From contig NIVC01000251.1 in assembly GCA_002269645.1 (NCBI GenBank), positions 558,001-622,000 on the forward strand: a stretch of DNA of 64,000 nt, in the 5' to 3' direction. The DNA is from Macrostomum lignano (lineage: Eukaryota). Below are positions 19,665 through 31,383 of this stretch, piece by piece. Both the position numbers and the translations under genes were made by a program. The first letter of the stretch is position 1, and each line of letters starts with the position of its first letter. The notes under the pieces were generated by a model that was given only the letters and a program-made list of their open reading frames with translations, was not told where the DNA came from and did no database searches.

Positions 19665-22600
19665 TCAGGCAACAACAAATTTAGCCACAAAGAAGCCAAT
19701 TGTGTCATAGTTGCAAGCATTAGTAACGTCGCTAGCATCGTATGGCACTTCCGGATCGAATTTCTGCACCAAACCGACACTTCCGTCCGGTTGGTTGATA
19801 CCAAAAGGCCGCAGGTTGGGAGTCTTTCCACTAGTTTAAGGTTAGGCAGTTCATCTGCAGAGCAAGGCTGACCTGCCGTTCGTTTTCTTCTGGTCTTGTT
19901 GTGCATGTGCTGTAGACAAGGAACCCGCCAGGCTTAACCAATTTAATGGCCTAAAAGTTTGCAATACACAAACTAATAATAATAATCGATTACACCTGTT
20001 TTAATAGGCAGATGTGCAACGACAGCTTAGCCGCAGCTATTTGCGCGGCGCATCTGAAGGCTGCGTACGGCTCTGTTCAGTCCAAGGACTGCTGGCACCC
20101 ATTTTACAGCTGGGTGAACTGAAGCAATCCAGAGTCAAGTGTTTTGCTCAAGTCTACAAACTGTTCCAGTGGAATCGGAATCGAACCCCCGACCTTCGAG
20201 TCGTGAGTCCGACGCTCTAACCACAGGGCTACAACCCCTAATAATGCAAATCTCGCAGGCAAATATTAATCAAATTATATTATTAATTTACCTCACGAAA
20301 CAATCGATTCTGTATTTGAGCATACGAACTCAACTGAGATGCAGTTTTGCTCAACTGACTACTACTGTCTGATGACGTGAGTAGTCTAGGCCGCTGTCCC
20401 AGAGCGCTGCAGGGTGTGCATCCAGGAGAACACGATCAAACTGTTTAGGACGATACGGCGGCTTACTGTCAGGCTCGCCAGCGTCTGTCAAAAAAATGAT
20501 AGTAAATTTTCATCTGCTAATATTGCTACTGACAGTAGCACACAGCTTGGACATGAAAATCTAAATCAATATTTAAAAGCCAAACACAGCGCTGTTCCTA
20601 TCATCGCACAGTCGACAAGCATCAAAACAATGAATTCGAAGAAAATTTTCGGTGTCAATAAACCAATTTGACAGCTTGTTCAGCAACTGTGTTTAACCGC
20701 TTGGCAGACTTGTCAATGGCGATTAGAGTGCCCTGTAGGAGATCAGGATTCTGTTAGCTCACAGAAGACTGGGCTAAATTGGGCAAGTGGCGGTGGCACA
20801 GCAACTGGGGATCTGGGGGCTGGTGGCCCAGCAACTGGGGATCTGGGAGGCTGGTGGCCCAGCAACTGAGGATCTGGGAGGCTGGTGGCCCAGCAACTGA
20901 GGATCTGGGAGGCTGGCCCAGCAACTGAGGATCTGGGAGGCTGTCCCAGCAGCTGAGGATCTGGGAGGCTGGCCCAGCAACTGAGGATCTGGGAGGCTGG
21001 CACAGCAACTGAGGATCTGGGAGGCTGGCCCAGCAACTGAGGATCTGGGAGGCTGGCACAGCAACTGAGGATCTGGAGGCTGGCACAGCAACTGAAGATC
21101 TGGGAGGCTGGTACAGCAACTGAGGATCTGGGAGGCTGGCGACACAGCAACTGAAGATCTGGGAGGCTGGCGACACAGCAACTGAAGATCTGGGAGGCTG
21201 GCCCAGCAACTGACACTCTGGAAGGCTGGTGGCCCAACAACTAGGGACCAATAAAATAAATAAATAAGTATATAAATTCACTGATAATGAATGAAGTATG
21301 GCACTCAACCTATACAGCTTATAACTACAAACCTGCATCTGCATAAGGTCAGCCAGGTGCAGACATTTTCGCCGCGGAGCACAGCACATGTCTAGCACTG
21401 TCTGCCCAGGCTGCGCGTCCAATACTCGAGCGCACACCAACGAAGGCAGATTCTGGGCAACCAGATTGCCGGACTGGAACAGGCAGGACTGAAAGCTGGG
21501 ACACACGACTAAGGGTTGCGTCATGCGGACCGCTACACCACTGCGGGAACATTAAGAAGATTAACAATGCCCCTTTAACTATCGCCAAATACACATCAAT
21601 GCAGTGTTACAATCTAAACAAAAGAATCTACCACTACAGTCTACAAAATATCTACCCTAAAAACTATACTACAGGCTACCCCGAAACCTACCACTACAAT
21701 CTACCCCAATACCTACCACTACATTCTACTCCAATACCTACAACTGCAATCTACCCCAATACCTACCACTAAAATCTACCCCAAAACCTACCACTACATT
21801 CTACTCCAATACCTACAACTGCAATCTACCCCAATACCTACACTAAAATCTACCCAAAACCTACCACTACATTCTACTCCAATACCTACAACTGCAATCT
21901 ACCCCAATACCTACCACTAAAATCTACCTCAAAATCTACCACTAAAATCTACCCAAAAACCTACCACTACATTCTACTCCAATATCTACAACTACAATCT
22001 ACCCCAAAACCTACCATTACAATCTACCCCAATATCTACCACTACAATATACCCCAATATCAATCACTACAATCTACCCCAATATCTACCACAACAATCT
22101 ACTCCAATATCAAGTACTAGTATCTACCTAAATCTCTACTATAGGTATCTACCTGAGAAACCAATCTACCACCTAGAATATCGAAAGTCAGTTTAATTAT
22201 ATGAATTTATGAAAGAAGCAGCTATAAAATTTACATTTAATGCATTCAATAAAAATAAAAGAATCAATTCCAAACCTATTCGCATGAATATCTCCAAGCA
22301 GCTGCTTCCGCTCCATCACCAGGAGTCCATTGCCAAGAAATCTAGTAGCTCCTGTGTAGGCTTTAGTGAACCCTGCATTGAATTTTTCTAAACAGGCGTA
22401 GACAGACACTGGGCAGTCTTTGCTGGCACCTGGAGATCAGAATTATTGTCAGTAAATGATACAAAACAAATTGTATTAAAATGTATGCCAACACTGCCTC
22501 ATCATGGAACAGAATTCGAACCTGGCTCAATCCCAATCACTCCGCCGGCAAAAATATCGGATCCGCGAAGAACCGCGACTCCGCACAGAGGATCAACGTA

Positions 22601-23439
22601 CAAGCGGGGGTACGTCTGAGATAGCTGAAATGGAAAACGCGCGCAAAAGTGCATTTTTAAGAGGCTGGTCTAGTAACTGAGGATCTGGGAGGCTGGCCTA
22701 GCAACTGAGGATCTGGGAGGCTGGCTTAGCAACTGAGGATCTGGGAGGCTGGCCCAGCAACTGAGGATCTAGGATGCTGGCACAGCAACTGAGGATCTGG
22801 GAGGCTGGCCCAGCAACTGAGGATCTGGGAGGCTGGCCCAGCAACTGAAGATTTGGGAGGCTAGTGGCCCAGCAGCTGAGGATGTGGGAGGCTGGCCCAG
22901 AAACCAACACTCTGGGAAGCTGGCCCAGCAACTGACACTCTGGAAGGCTGGCCCAGCAAGTGAGGATCTGGGAGGCTGGCCCAGCAACTGACACTCTGGG
23001 AGGCTGGCTTAGTAACTGAGGATCTGGGAGGCTGGCCCAGCAATTGGGGATCTGGGAGGCTGGCCCAGCAATTGGGATCTGGAAGGATGGCATGGCAGTG
23101 AGCATAAAACTCTTCAAAAAAGAAATAACATACACTTTTTTCCGCGACCAGGATATTTTCTATAATTATCGCATCTGGCAAACTTTTGTGAAGAAAAATT
23201 CTTGGAGACACCGATGTTGCACCTTTTGATTTGTATTCCTAATAATGAGGTGCAGTTATACAGAATAGACATTCTATTAAAAGTTTTAAGCGATTAATAA
23301 ATGTTTCTTAAATAAATAAAACTTTAATTACCTCCTCTAGTGCTGATTTTAGCTGCAAAATAGTTTCTTCATATGACTTGCCTCTAAATCTTACGGAGGT
23401 AAAGCGGACATAGTCCATGTCTTCCAGCTTTGGTGTCAT
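19665..23439 (-). CDS. NSUN6: tRNA/mRNA m5C methyltransferase NSUN6 (several small indels in this sequence)
   Basis: Exons ~23439-23332, 23238-23134, 22624-22522, 22429-22276, 21540-21333, 20732-~20590, 20484-20292 and 19950-19665. PUA domain ([15 protein letters not shown]), QNLPS..CA.VL..QPG..VLDMC, DRVLLDA[P][32 protein letters not shown]. The true 5' end may lie further upstream. Confidence 0.88.
19974..20238 (-). mobile_element. tRNA-derived CORE-type SINE, copy 2, in the last NSUN6 intron
   Basis: Homologous to 10011-10292: A box TAGCCCTGTGG, B box GGTTCGATTCC, same core and (ATT)n tail; possible short TSD CTAATAAT. Confidence 0.85.
20795..21242. repeat. 28-bp minisatellite, array 2 (NSUN6 intron)
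   Basis: Same unit as 19090-19493, with variants. Confidence 0.95.
21625..22135. repeat. Degenerate ~24-25-bp minisatellite (CTACCACTACAATCTACCCCAATAC) in an NSUN6 intron
   Basis: Read directly; shares the CTACCCCAAT core with the 31.4-33.1 kb array. Confidence 0.85.
22661..23083. repeat. 28-bp minisatellite, array 3 (NSUN6 intron)
   Basis: Same unit as 19090-19493. Confidence 0.95.
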
Positions 23440-26345
23440 GATGTCAGTGCATCAATAATAGAAGTTGTAAACTATATATAACTATTGAAAATTGATTTAG
23501 TCACTCTTCAAGCGTCACTTTATAAAACTGTGAGTTTAAACAGAGCATAAACAAGAACTTGTCAAAAAATAAAATGAAAAAATATTTAGGACAACCTAAA
23601 TCTATTTTGACAAATTAAACAATTATCAAATAGATACTATGTCAACAAAATTCACCACACATTGCATATGGAGTACAAAATATCTATTGTTTGAATCTCT
23701 AACCCTGAAAACTTAGAGTTCCCTTCAAAAGCTTTAAAACTGAAACATTTATTCATTTCAACTGTTATACTCCTTTCTCACTTTTTAAATCAAGGGCTTT
23801 AATGATATTTTTAATCTCTTTGGTCCCAATTGTCGAGTGGCCAATTTCACTAGATATAGGCAATATAAACATATATACATCCATATGTTTTGTCTGAAAA
23901 AACCTCTATATTTGTAACTTTCCATTAGCAATATTCAAGTAGAAAATTTTTTTTATCTTATGTTAAAAAATTTAATGTCCAAAAAAGCTTGATATAAAAT
24001 TATAAAAGAAAAGAAAAAACTTGGATTTGAATTTTAAACTAGAAGAACATAAAGATTTTTGCCTAGGGCTAGGATTGGGTATTATAATTTCTGCTTAGAT
24101 CTTAGGGGATTTTTGGATGGCTTATAGAAGCAAGATTAACATCCTTTCTTAAATACATTAAGTCATAAAAAATTAGTTTGTGAACTCTGTCAGAATGAAA
24201 AGAATATACATATAATACTTATTTAACAAAATATTCACAATTAGCTATAGCTACATTATAGCTTGCATATGCCTATCTACATGTATTATAAAAGATATAA
24301 GCCAAGCTAGATAATATAGATATAAAATTTCTAGCTAGTTATGTTTTGGTCCTATGTATACAAATAATGTTATTCTGCTCACAGTGAAGCTAGGTTTGGC
24401 AAAAGTGACAAAAGTTGGACTTGGAATAAGTGAAAATAAGCAAGGGAATAATTGGGACTATTATATCAACTTAAGCTCAGAAAGTGAAGTCTTTATAGTT
24501 ATACTATTATTAATTAATCTATTAGCATTAATCTAACTAATTTGTAATTAATTAGAAAAAAACAGATAGATAAGCCTAGGTATAATATATTATAACATGG
24601 CTTGGCAAAAGCCTAGTGTAAAAGGCCCTCTAGTTTTATTTACAAAATCATCTATTCATATGCATTTCAAACTTGCACAAAACTAAGAAAAACTTTTGTT
24701 TTACTATTTGTATTTTCAGAATTTCCCCAATTTATTTTTGTTTTAAAGAACAATCAAAGCTAGTATAAATAGACAAGTTTTTGGAGCCAGAAAAGGCAAC
24801 TTGGTTTGCGGACTCAAGTCTCAAAGCAAGCATTAATAGTGAGTGTATTATAGTAGGTTTTCAAGAAATATTCAAGAAGTGTTTTTCAAGTTAATTATTT
24901 GCAGAGTAGAGTGAAATAGACTGAACTATATACAGTATATACTACTGCAAGGTAAAGTAGTAGATTGAAACAAAGTAGATCCTAAATTGATACATACAAG
25001 AATAACTGGAGGCTGTCCTCTGATCTTGATAACACCCAGGATTGGAAATACATACAATACATATACTAGTAAACCAATATACTGCTTAGGCCAAATTACT
25101 AGAACACTACCAAACTAACCATAAATGCTACCAGAATAACAAAAGAACAATACTTGTGAGGGTTAAATAGTACTCAAAGAATAATTCATAAATAAATATT
25201 CAGACTTATTCTAAGATTAATAAACTTATAATTTATTATTAGAATAGTCTTGATGGCAGCTACTAGCATTAGAAAATTTAATATAGAAAGAAGTATATCC
25301 CTAGTATAACTTAGTAACAGCTTTAGGATAATTCATAAAGACAGAGGACTAGGCCTAACCCCTAGTACACTAGCAAGCTAAAAAGAGATACAAATGCAGA
25401 AAGGTGCAACATGGTATAGTGCAATTAGTATTAAGCCAATTCATTTTTAATTTAATGGATATGCATCCAATGCACTTAAGCTTAAGCTATGTATCTATGG
25501 CTATATGCTGCATATGCCTTTTAAGCAATAACTTGTTAAATGACTAGCTAGGTAAAACAAAGTATTTATATACTTAGACTAGAGTCTAGACTTAATTTAG
25601 CCATTTAGACCTAAGCTAAGACCTACTTAATGTGATAGTAGCTAATTTGTTGTTTACCAATAACATTAAATATAGCTATAGGTCAATTCAATATAATTAG
25701 CCATATTAGACCTTATGTCCCTACCTAAGGTCCTCGGCCATACTTACTTTAGAAGGTATACATCATGCCAGAAAATTATGGCATGTATTTGGTTTGGCCT
25801 AAAAATTGTATCATGTACTGCTATTACTGTGTTTTTGGATATTATATACCAAAGATTTATATTCAATATATTGGTGTGCTATGGTATAGAATAGCTTGAT
25901 TTAATATTGTAAAATGTGGCGTGGCATGATGATGGGGCATGTTTTGTTGAGATAAAAGTTTGTTAAAAGACATGGTTTGATAAAGAAAAAAACTATAATT
26001 ATTTTTATTGAAAAATGACAAATAAATTTTAATGTGCCAAAAAAGAAACATAGGCCTAGTATAGGCCCTATTGTCATGCTAAAACAATTATAAAATACTT
26101 GAAAGCTTAGTTTTTTCAGAAGTGCAATTTTTAACATAAAAAGTTATATTTTTTTAATATATATTTGTTTGTTTTGCACATGTGCAACTAGGGGGCCTAT
26201 CAAAAAAGGTCCTTTATAGTTAGAACCAAAAAAGGCATTTGTTTTGCAACTGCTAAAAAGTAAGCTGGCATTGGCATATATTTTCTTGGTACTGGCATGC
26301 ATTGGTTCAGAGCATTCTGGCATACATTCAACATGATCTAGACTA

Positions 26346-26513
26346 CAGGGGTATAGCTAGGCCTAGGAATTTCCTATGGGGGGATACACCAAGGTAAAAG
26401 TGCTATGACAGAGTCACATGGTAGCATGTATAGCAACAAAGGGCAACAAAAAAGTTGTGGTCAGGCTCTTTAGGGGGATACACCCCCCTTATCCTACCCT
26501 CCCTATACCCCTG
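26346..26513. mobile_element. 168-bp hAT-type MITE
   Basis: 11-bp TIRs CAGGGGTATAG / CTATACCCCTG; 8-bp TSD CTAGACTA at 26338-26345 and 26514-26521. Confidence 0.85.
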
Positions 26514-26550
26514 CTAGACTATAGGTCCTAGATAGCATAGTAGGCCTACC

Positions 26551-26825
26551 CAGGGATGTAGCCAGGATTTTTTTTGGGGGTATTCAGTATTGGTTAGCTA
26601 TTATCAGAAAGCAAGGGCTTGAGATCCACATATCCCCTTAATAATGTATTTCTAGTGCATAATACATATAATTACTCTATTTGTTTGTTAATTGTTATTC
26701 TTTCGATTTGGATACCTTTCTCTTCCTTAATGGTCACAATTGCAACTGAAAAAAGGAAAAAAATGTTGCTTTGGAAATTTGGGGGTATCAGCCGATATAC
26801 CAATACCCCCCTCGCTATGCCCCTA
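26551..26825. mobile_element. 275-bp hAT-type MITE with imperfect TIRs
   Basis: Ends CAGGGATGTAGC / GCTATGCCCCTA; 8-bp TSD GGCCTACC at 26543-26550 and 26826-26833. Confidence 0.72.
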
Positions 26826-28299
26826 GGCCTACCACCTATCCTTAATAAATAATAAGAACTTCAAGTTCTAAGAGCCACAACCTATCAATAAGCCTTTCAT
26901 CCTTTTATTTATAATAAAATTGGCTTAACAGTTAACATCTTAACATCTCAACATTTTAACATCTAATGTCTCTAGGACTCTAGGGCAAGGGCCTACTTCA
27001 TCTTCATGTAGGCCTGCTAGTGGCTAGTGCTAGCTACACCTACACTCTGACTAGTCAGTCGTCTGCCAAAAATCACAAGTCAAATAGACTAGTAGCCTAG
27101 TAGAGTAAGTAGACCTATCAGCAAAAGTAGCAGCAATCTCCAATCCTAGTTTGCTGCATTAAATTATTTTTCAAATTTACAAACTTTAAAGATCCGCCTA
27201 TGCTCTGAGACTGAGAACCGCAAATCACTGAAATCGGTCTATTCTTCATATATTGGGTCAGTAGAAGCACCGGCTTTATAGTTAGTGGATTTCATTGACG
27301 CCTTCTTTAATTGATTCCGTGACGTGCAACAATGGGACATGGATTTAAAAGTAGTACAAGTTCTTATAAAATTAGCGTAGTTAAACACATAAATAAAACG
27401 TTTCGAAAGAATTTTCCTGCGAATATTTTTAGCGAAGCACGTAAAAAGGCTTTTCTGCACTTTATAAAACCTTAAAGAATTTGGGACTGTGTTGTCTAAT
27501 GGAGCTATCAATGGAGCTAAAGGAAAGGCAAAACATATAAAAAAGATGAACTTTGGGTATGGCCTCCTTATCAAAAGCAATAACTCATTTTTGTGCTGAA
27601 AAATGAAAAACTTTTTATCTCCGAATGTTTTTTTTCGAAAAAAACCTACATAGTTTCTCGTGCTTCTACTTAAGTAGTTCTTGCCGAATGCAATGCATGG
27701 TACCCATGGCCTCGCTCCCACCGGACCGTTCACTCAGTTTATCTCTGTTGCCTGCGGTGCAAGTTGCAACGGAGGCCCCGTGAAGTAAAAATTTCTGAGG
27801 GAATCGCTAATATAAATTGTCTAGCCTTATGGGGGGCTTTCTAAGATGTCAAGCCCTATGAAGCTACATAAGCTTAATCAACTTCAGCTGAAAATATTCC
27901 AAACTAATAGAAATTGAAAAAAGGCGGGGGTTGGAAGGGAGAAGAGGAAAAAAGAAAGACAAAACAGACTCGACGTGAGCGCACAGCAGTTGTTAAACAG
28001 ATACATGTAGGAAGACTACCCTAGGTCAGACAGCCATCACCGGCCCAATCAAAGAACCATGATGGGTACCGCGCCACTGCACCTCAACTGGACACTGTGG
28101 AGCGCCGTGTACAGTGGAGAAAGAGATCGTGGAGGGGCGGTCTGTCATGCGCTTGGCAACCGGATATTTATCAGCTCTATGGGAGCGGCGGAATCCCATA
28201 TTTCAGGAGCCCCATCAGGAGCTGAGCTCCATTGCGGATCATCTTGCATTAGCAAAGCCGATCGCTGACTGCAAAATCTGCCAGCAACTCCTGCTAGCA

Positions 28300-30141
28300 A
28301 TGAAGCTGACAGCCAAGTGGTCCCAGCCGCTGCAGCTGCTTCTGTGCCAGCTGCTCACGGGTGAGTCTGCATGAAAATGATGCCTCCTATTGAGGGAGAG
28401 ACTCGCTGCTATGCAGCAAAATGCTCCGCAATCACTACTCGCTGACACCTCCTTCAGCTGTGATCTCCGCCAAAGACACCAGCGCCGTCACCGGAGGCTC
28501 CTATCATCGGGTGACCAGCGGCTTCATCGACATCCGCAGCTACGTGAGCAGCAAAGTGCTCAACGAAACGGGCCTTCGATCAAATGTTCACTGTCTGTGG
28601 AAGTGCTGGGCAACGTCATGCGCCGTCGCAATCGTTAAGGAAACCGCGATCCCCGAATGTCAGATTATCGTCATCAACCATGCGAGCGAGCCGAGCTTGA
28701 GCAACGGCAGCTTTGTTGCCAGGGAGATTCGGCTTGAGGATGGTGTGCAAATCTGGAAGGCTTACGACTTTGAGCAGCAGATGCTCAGAGGCTCCGACGC
28801 CGGGCGCCTACTCAGTGAGTTTTGCGATGAAAACCTAGTCTTTACCTGTAGTCAAGCTATTATCACCTTAATGCGCATCATTTTTAATCCCAAATAACCA
28901 TCTTTCACAGAGTACCTGGCTTCTAAGAACGTGACTCTGAATCGGGTCAACATACCCAACAACTCGGTGAAGATCTTCGCCGCCTTCCTTCAGCACCAGC
29001 CGACCGTCTCATCGCTCATTGGCTGCGTTGACAAGTGCAGCGAGGTACCGGCCTGTCGCGGGATTGTGTTCAACTCCAGCAACTGCTCTCTGCTCACCGA
29101 CTACCCGCTGTGCCGCTGGTTCGAGCAGCCCCCGGGGAACTCTGCGCTGGATGTCTATGTGAGTGTTGGAAAAGCAGTGCTGGATCTGTGCTATCACTGT
29201 AGACACTTCTCTTTATTGCTCATCAATTTCCAAACACAGGAGTTCTACACTGTGAGCACTCAACAGTGCTTTGAGACCGTCAATCTGCGAGTGTCGGACG
29301 AGCTGAGCTTCGACCGGCTCTGGGCCGAGTACAAGACCGGCTTCGGCACTTACCATGGCAACTACTTTGCTGGTGAGGCGGAACTTTATATTTTACATGT
29401 TAATACTTGATGTCATAAACCACTGTATATCGTCGACAAACTAAAAGTAACAAATAGGAGTCCTGGCAACCAACCCAAGCCTTAGCGTTCTTCGGTCGAA
29501 CCACAGAACCACAGAACCTAATTTGGCTCATGAAATATTTTCTTTTCTATATGCTCGTAGTTGCAGAAATTGCCGCTTGTGCCTTCTATAGGGGCTGGCA
29601 AAAGGGGCCCCCTGTTCCAGTAACTCCTTGAATTGAATGCCGAGTCAAACGGCTCGATCGTCGCATTTCATTACGTGCGAATTTCACAACACCAGGCCTG
29701 GAATGGCTGCACAACCGGACCAGCGCTCAGCCCAGCAACAACCGGTTGCGCGTTGACCTGCTGTACTGGAACGACACCTACATCTACGCCTACTACCTGA
29801 ATGTGCTCATTCTGGCCGAGAGCACCAACTACACGTTTTCTGCTTACACCTACGTACCGGCTGGAGGCCTTGGAGACTGCCTGCTTAGAGGATCAAACCT
29901 GCAGTTCATGACCCGAGATCGCGGATCGAGCAGATGCGCAAACTGTGCGATTACCTACCAGCAGCCTCACTGGCACAATTGCTGCCACAACTCCGGTCCG
30001 TTCGGCAAGTACTTCAACTACCCGACAGCGCTAGCTGCAGACCGGGCCAAGGGCATCGTTTGGGCTTACAATGCCCCGACAAACATCACTGACGGATGGT
30101 ACTACAGCTTCAAGCAGCTAGAGATTCTCATGCTCACCTGA
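28300..30141 (+). CDS. Secreted PAN/apple-like + fibrinogen C-terminal (FReD) domain protein, 5 exons, ~414 aa
   Basis: Exons 28300-28360, 28458-28814, 28911-29158, 29240-29372 and 29696-30141 join in phase. Signal peptide MKLTAKWSQPLQLLLCQLLTAVISA; CLWKC and CVDKC...C.GIVF..C apple-like motifs; FReD motifs FDRLWAEYKTGFG, GLEWLH, LRVDL, F.TRDR, HWHNCC. Confidence 0.87.
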
Positions 30142-30625
30142 ACATCAACCATGCAGCTATGAGTAGAGACATGATTGCTGTGTACTTCTTTGATATTAAG
30201 TAATAAATAAATTTCGATCTGTTAATCTCGACTCTTGAGACACTATACCCAACAAATTACGAGTACAATATACCTTCTGTATGTTTACTTCTACAATGAA
30301 ATAACGAATCGCCTTGTAAAATTACCAAAGTTAGTCTGCATTCAATTGATTTTTTTCTCTACTTTGGCATGTTGTCAATTTCTTACGCAGGTGATAGCTG
30401 CCCTGCTTGCTCCGAATTGTTATTTGTGTTCGATCTTATTCTTATTGCGCCTTTGCTGTCATAGTGAGACAAAAAACATTTCGCGCAAAGTTGGTGGTGC
30501 AGTCCTGAAATACACTCGCATGTTATCGCAGAGATCCTCCGTTCTTCTAGCCCTGATCGTAGCCTGCCCTCTAAATTGTCGCTATGGCAGTTAATTGCAT
30601 TGTCTGTCAAAATCTTTTTCTGCAA

Positions 30626-31036
30626 TTAATGTACCCTCACGATCAGTATTGGAAAATCCTGGCCGATCGGTACTTCCTCTTTCACTCTGCGGCCTGTTAA
30701 AGAGTGACTCAGAAGGCTGCATCTACGCGTAGGCACATAAATTTTGGATTCACTTGCAAAGTTTGGCGTCGCTAAGAGACCCACCATGAGGGCCAACAAC
30801 AAAGGCACAAGGTAGGTATACATGCATGCACACCATGACCTGCAGGAGGAGAAAGGGATGAGAAAGCATTTTATGAGCTTGCCCTAGTTTGTGCGCATAT
30901 TCGGATAAAGTAGAAAGCCTTTGCAAACATAGAACTTAATGCAAATCCATTAATCTTGTTTAAATTTACACCTGACACATCCACTGTCAGGCGGTGTAAG
31001 CTTCTGGTAGCTGTTGGATCCGTTAAAATCCAGAAG
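30626..31036 (-). CDS. 3' exons of an unidentified gene with one hydrophobic (TM-like) segment
   Basis: Exons 31036-30972 and 30839-30626 have good polypyrimidine acceptors and a matching phase 2, giving LLDFNGSNSYQKLTPPDSGCVRSWCACMYTYLVPLLLALMVGLLA...; no family recognised. Confidence 0.4.
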
Positions 31037-31383
31037 CTTGTTTGCAAAGGAAAGAAGGATAAGACTGGGTAAACATTTCAAATCCGGCGGGAACTTCGCG
31101 CTGGAATGTTGACAGACAGCTAAATTGCAATTTAACTTGCTGCTTTTCACACAGAATTTGCTGAGCCTGATGGCTCTGTCCTCCAATAATCCTATCGGTG
31201 GAAGTTACAATTACTTTCACTTCCTCAAGAATAGTTCAAATTATTAAATACTAGTTTTCTTTGACCTGTTTTCTTTATCTATATAGTTTCTCTCGCTTAG
31301 TGGATACTGATTTTAATTGGTAGTTCGCTGGCACCGGGTCCCAGGGTCACAAGTTATCCGAATCTCATGCTTTCAGAGTACAA

